From Podarcis bocagei (Eukaryota), in NCBI GenBank assembly GCA_964188305.1, contig OZ076886.1: a stretch of 64,000 nucleotides of DNA. The stretch is one strand, 5' to 3'. Made by a program: the position numbers and the translations under genes. Below the pieces are notes generated by a model. It did no database searches. It saw nothing but the letters and a program-made list of their open reading frames with translations, and was not told the DNA's origin. Shown here in pieces: positions 63,862 through 64,000 of this stretch (its first letter is position 1; each line of letters begins with the position of its first letter).

Positions 63862-64000
63862 CTGGTATTAAAAATGATAAATGTTATCACTTTTTGATAA
63901 TAAAAAGCTAGAATTTTAATTGTATACCCCTGGTATTTGAGGTTACAAATTGACTCATCTCTTATCTTCAATTCTTATCCTCCTGTTTGCTCTCAGCTTT

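Overview
Vertebrate genomic DNA from a squamate reptile (Sauria SINEs, BovB, CR1/L2; a lacertid lizard is my inference). Two convergent multi-exon genes. On + lies the 3' half of GRIP2: 12 coding exons from mid-PDZ4 through PDZ7, stop at 34350, 3'UTR to about 36670. On - lies the 3' half of SLC6A6 (taurine transporter): 8 visible coding exons from 63861 to the stop at 47694, with a long 3'UTR reaching about 40900. Visible exon phases join cleanly, except where one required SLC6A6 exon is absent; a 132-N run fits that exon plus splice sites exactly. Other points of note: a GC-AG intron, Cys at the position of the mammalian Ser322 PKC site, a candidate truncating GRIP2 exon removing PDZ7, a NAGNAG acceptor, a 72-bp head-to-tail Sauria SINE, SINEs with different tRNA heads on CR1-type tails, and a young BovB fragment. 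I found no convincing wholly new biological system; most supplied ORFs are chance or antisense frames.
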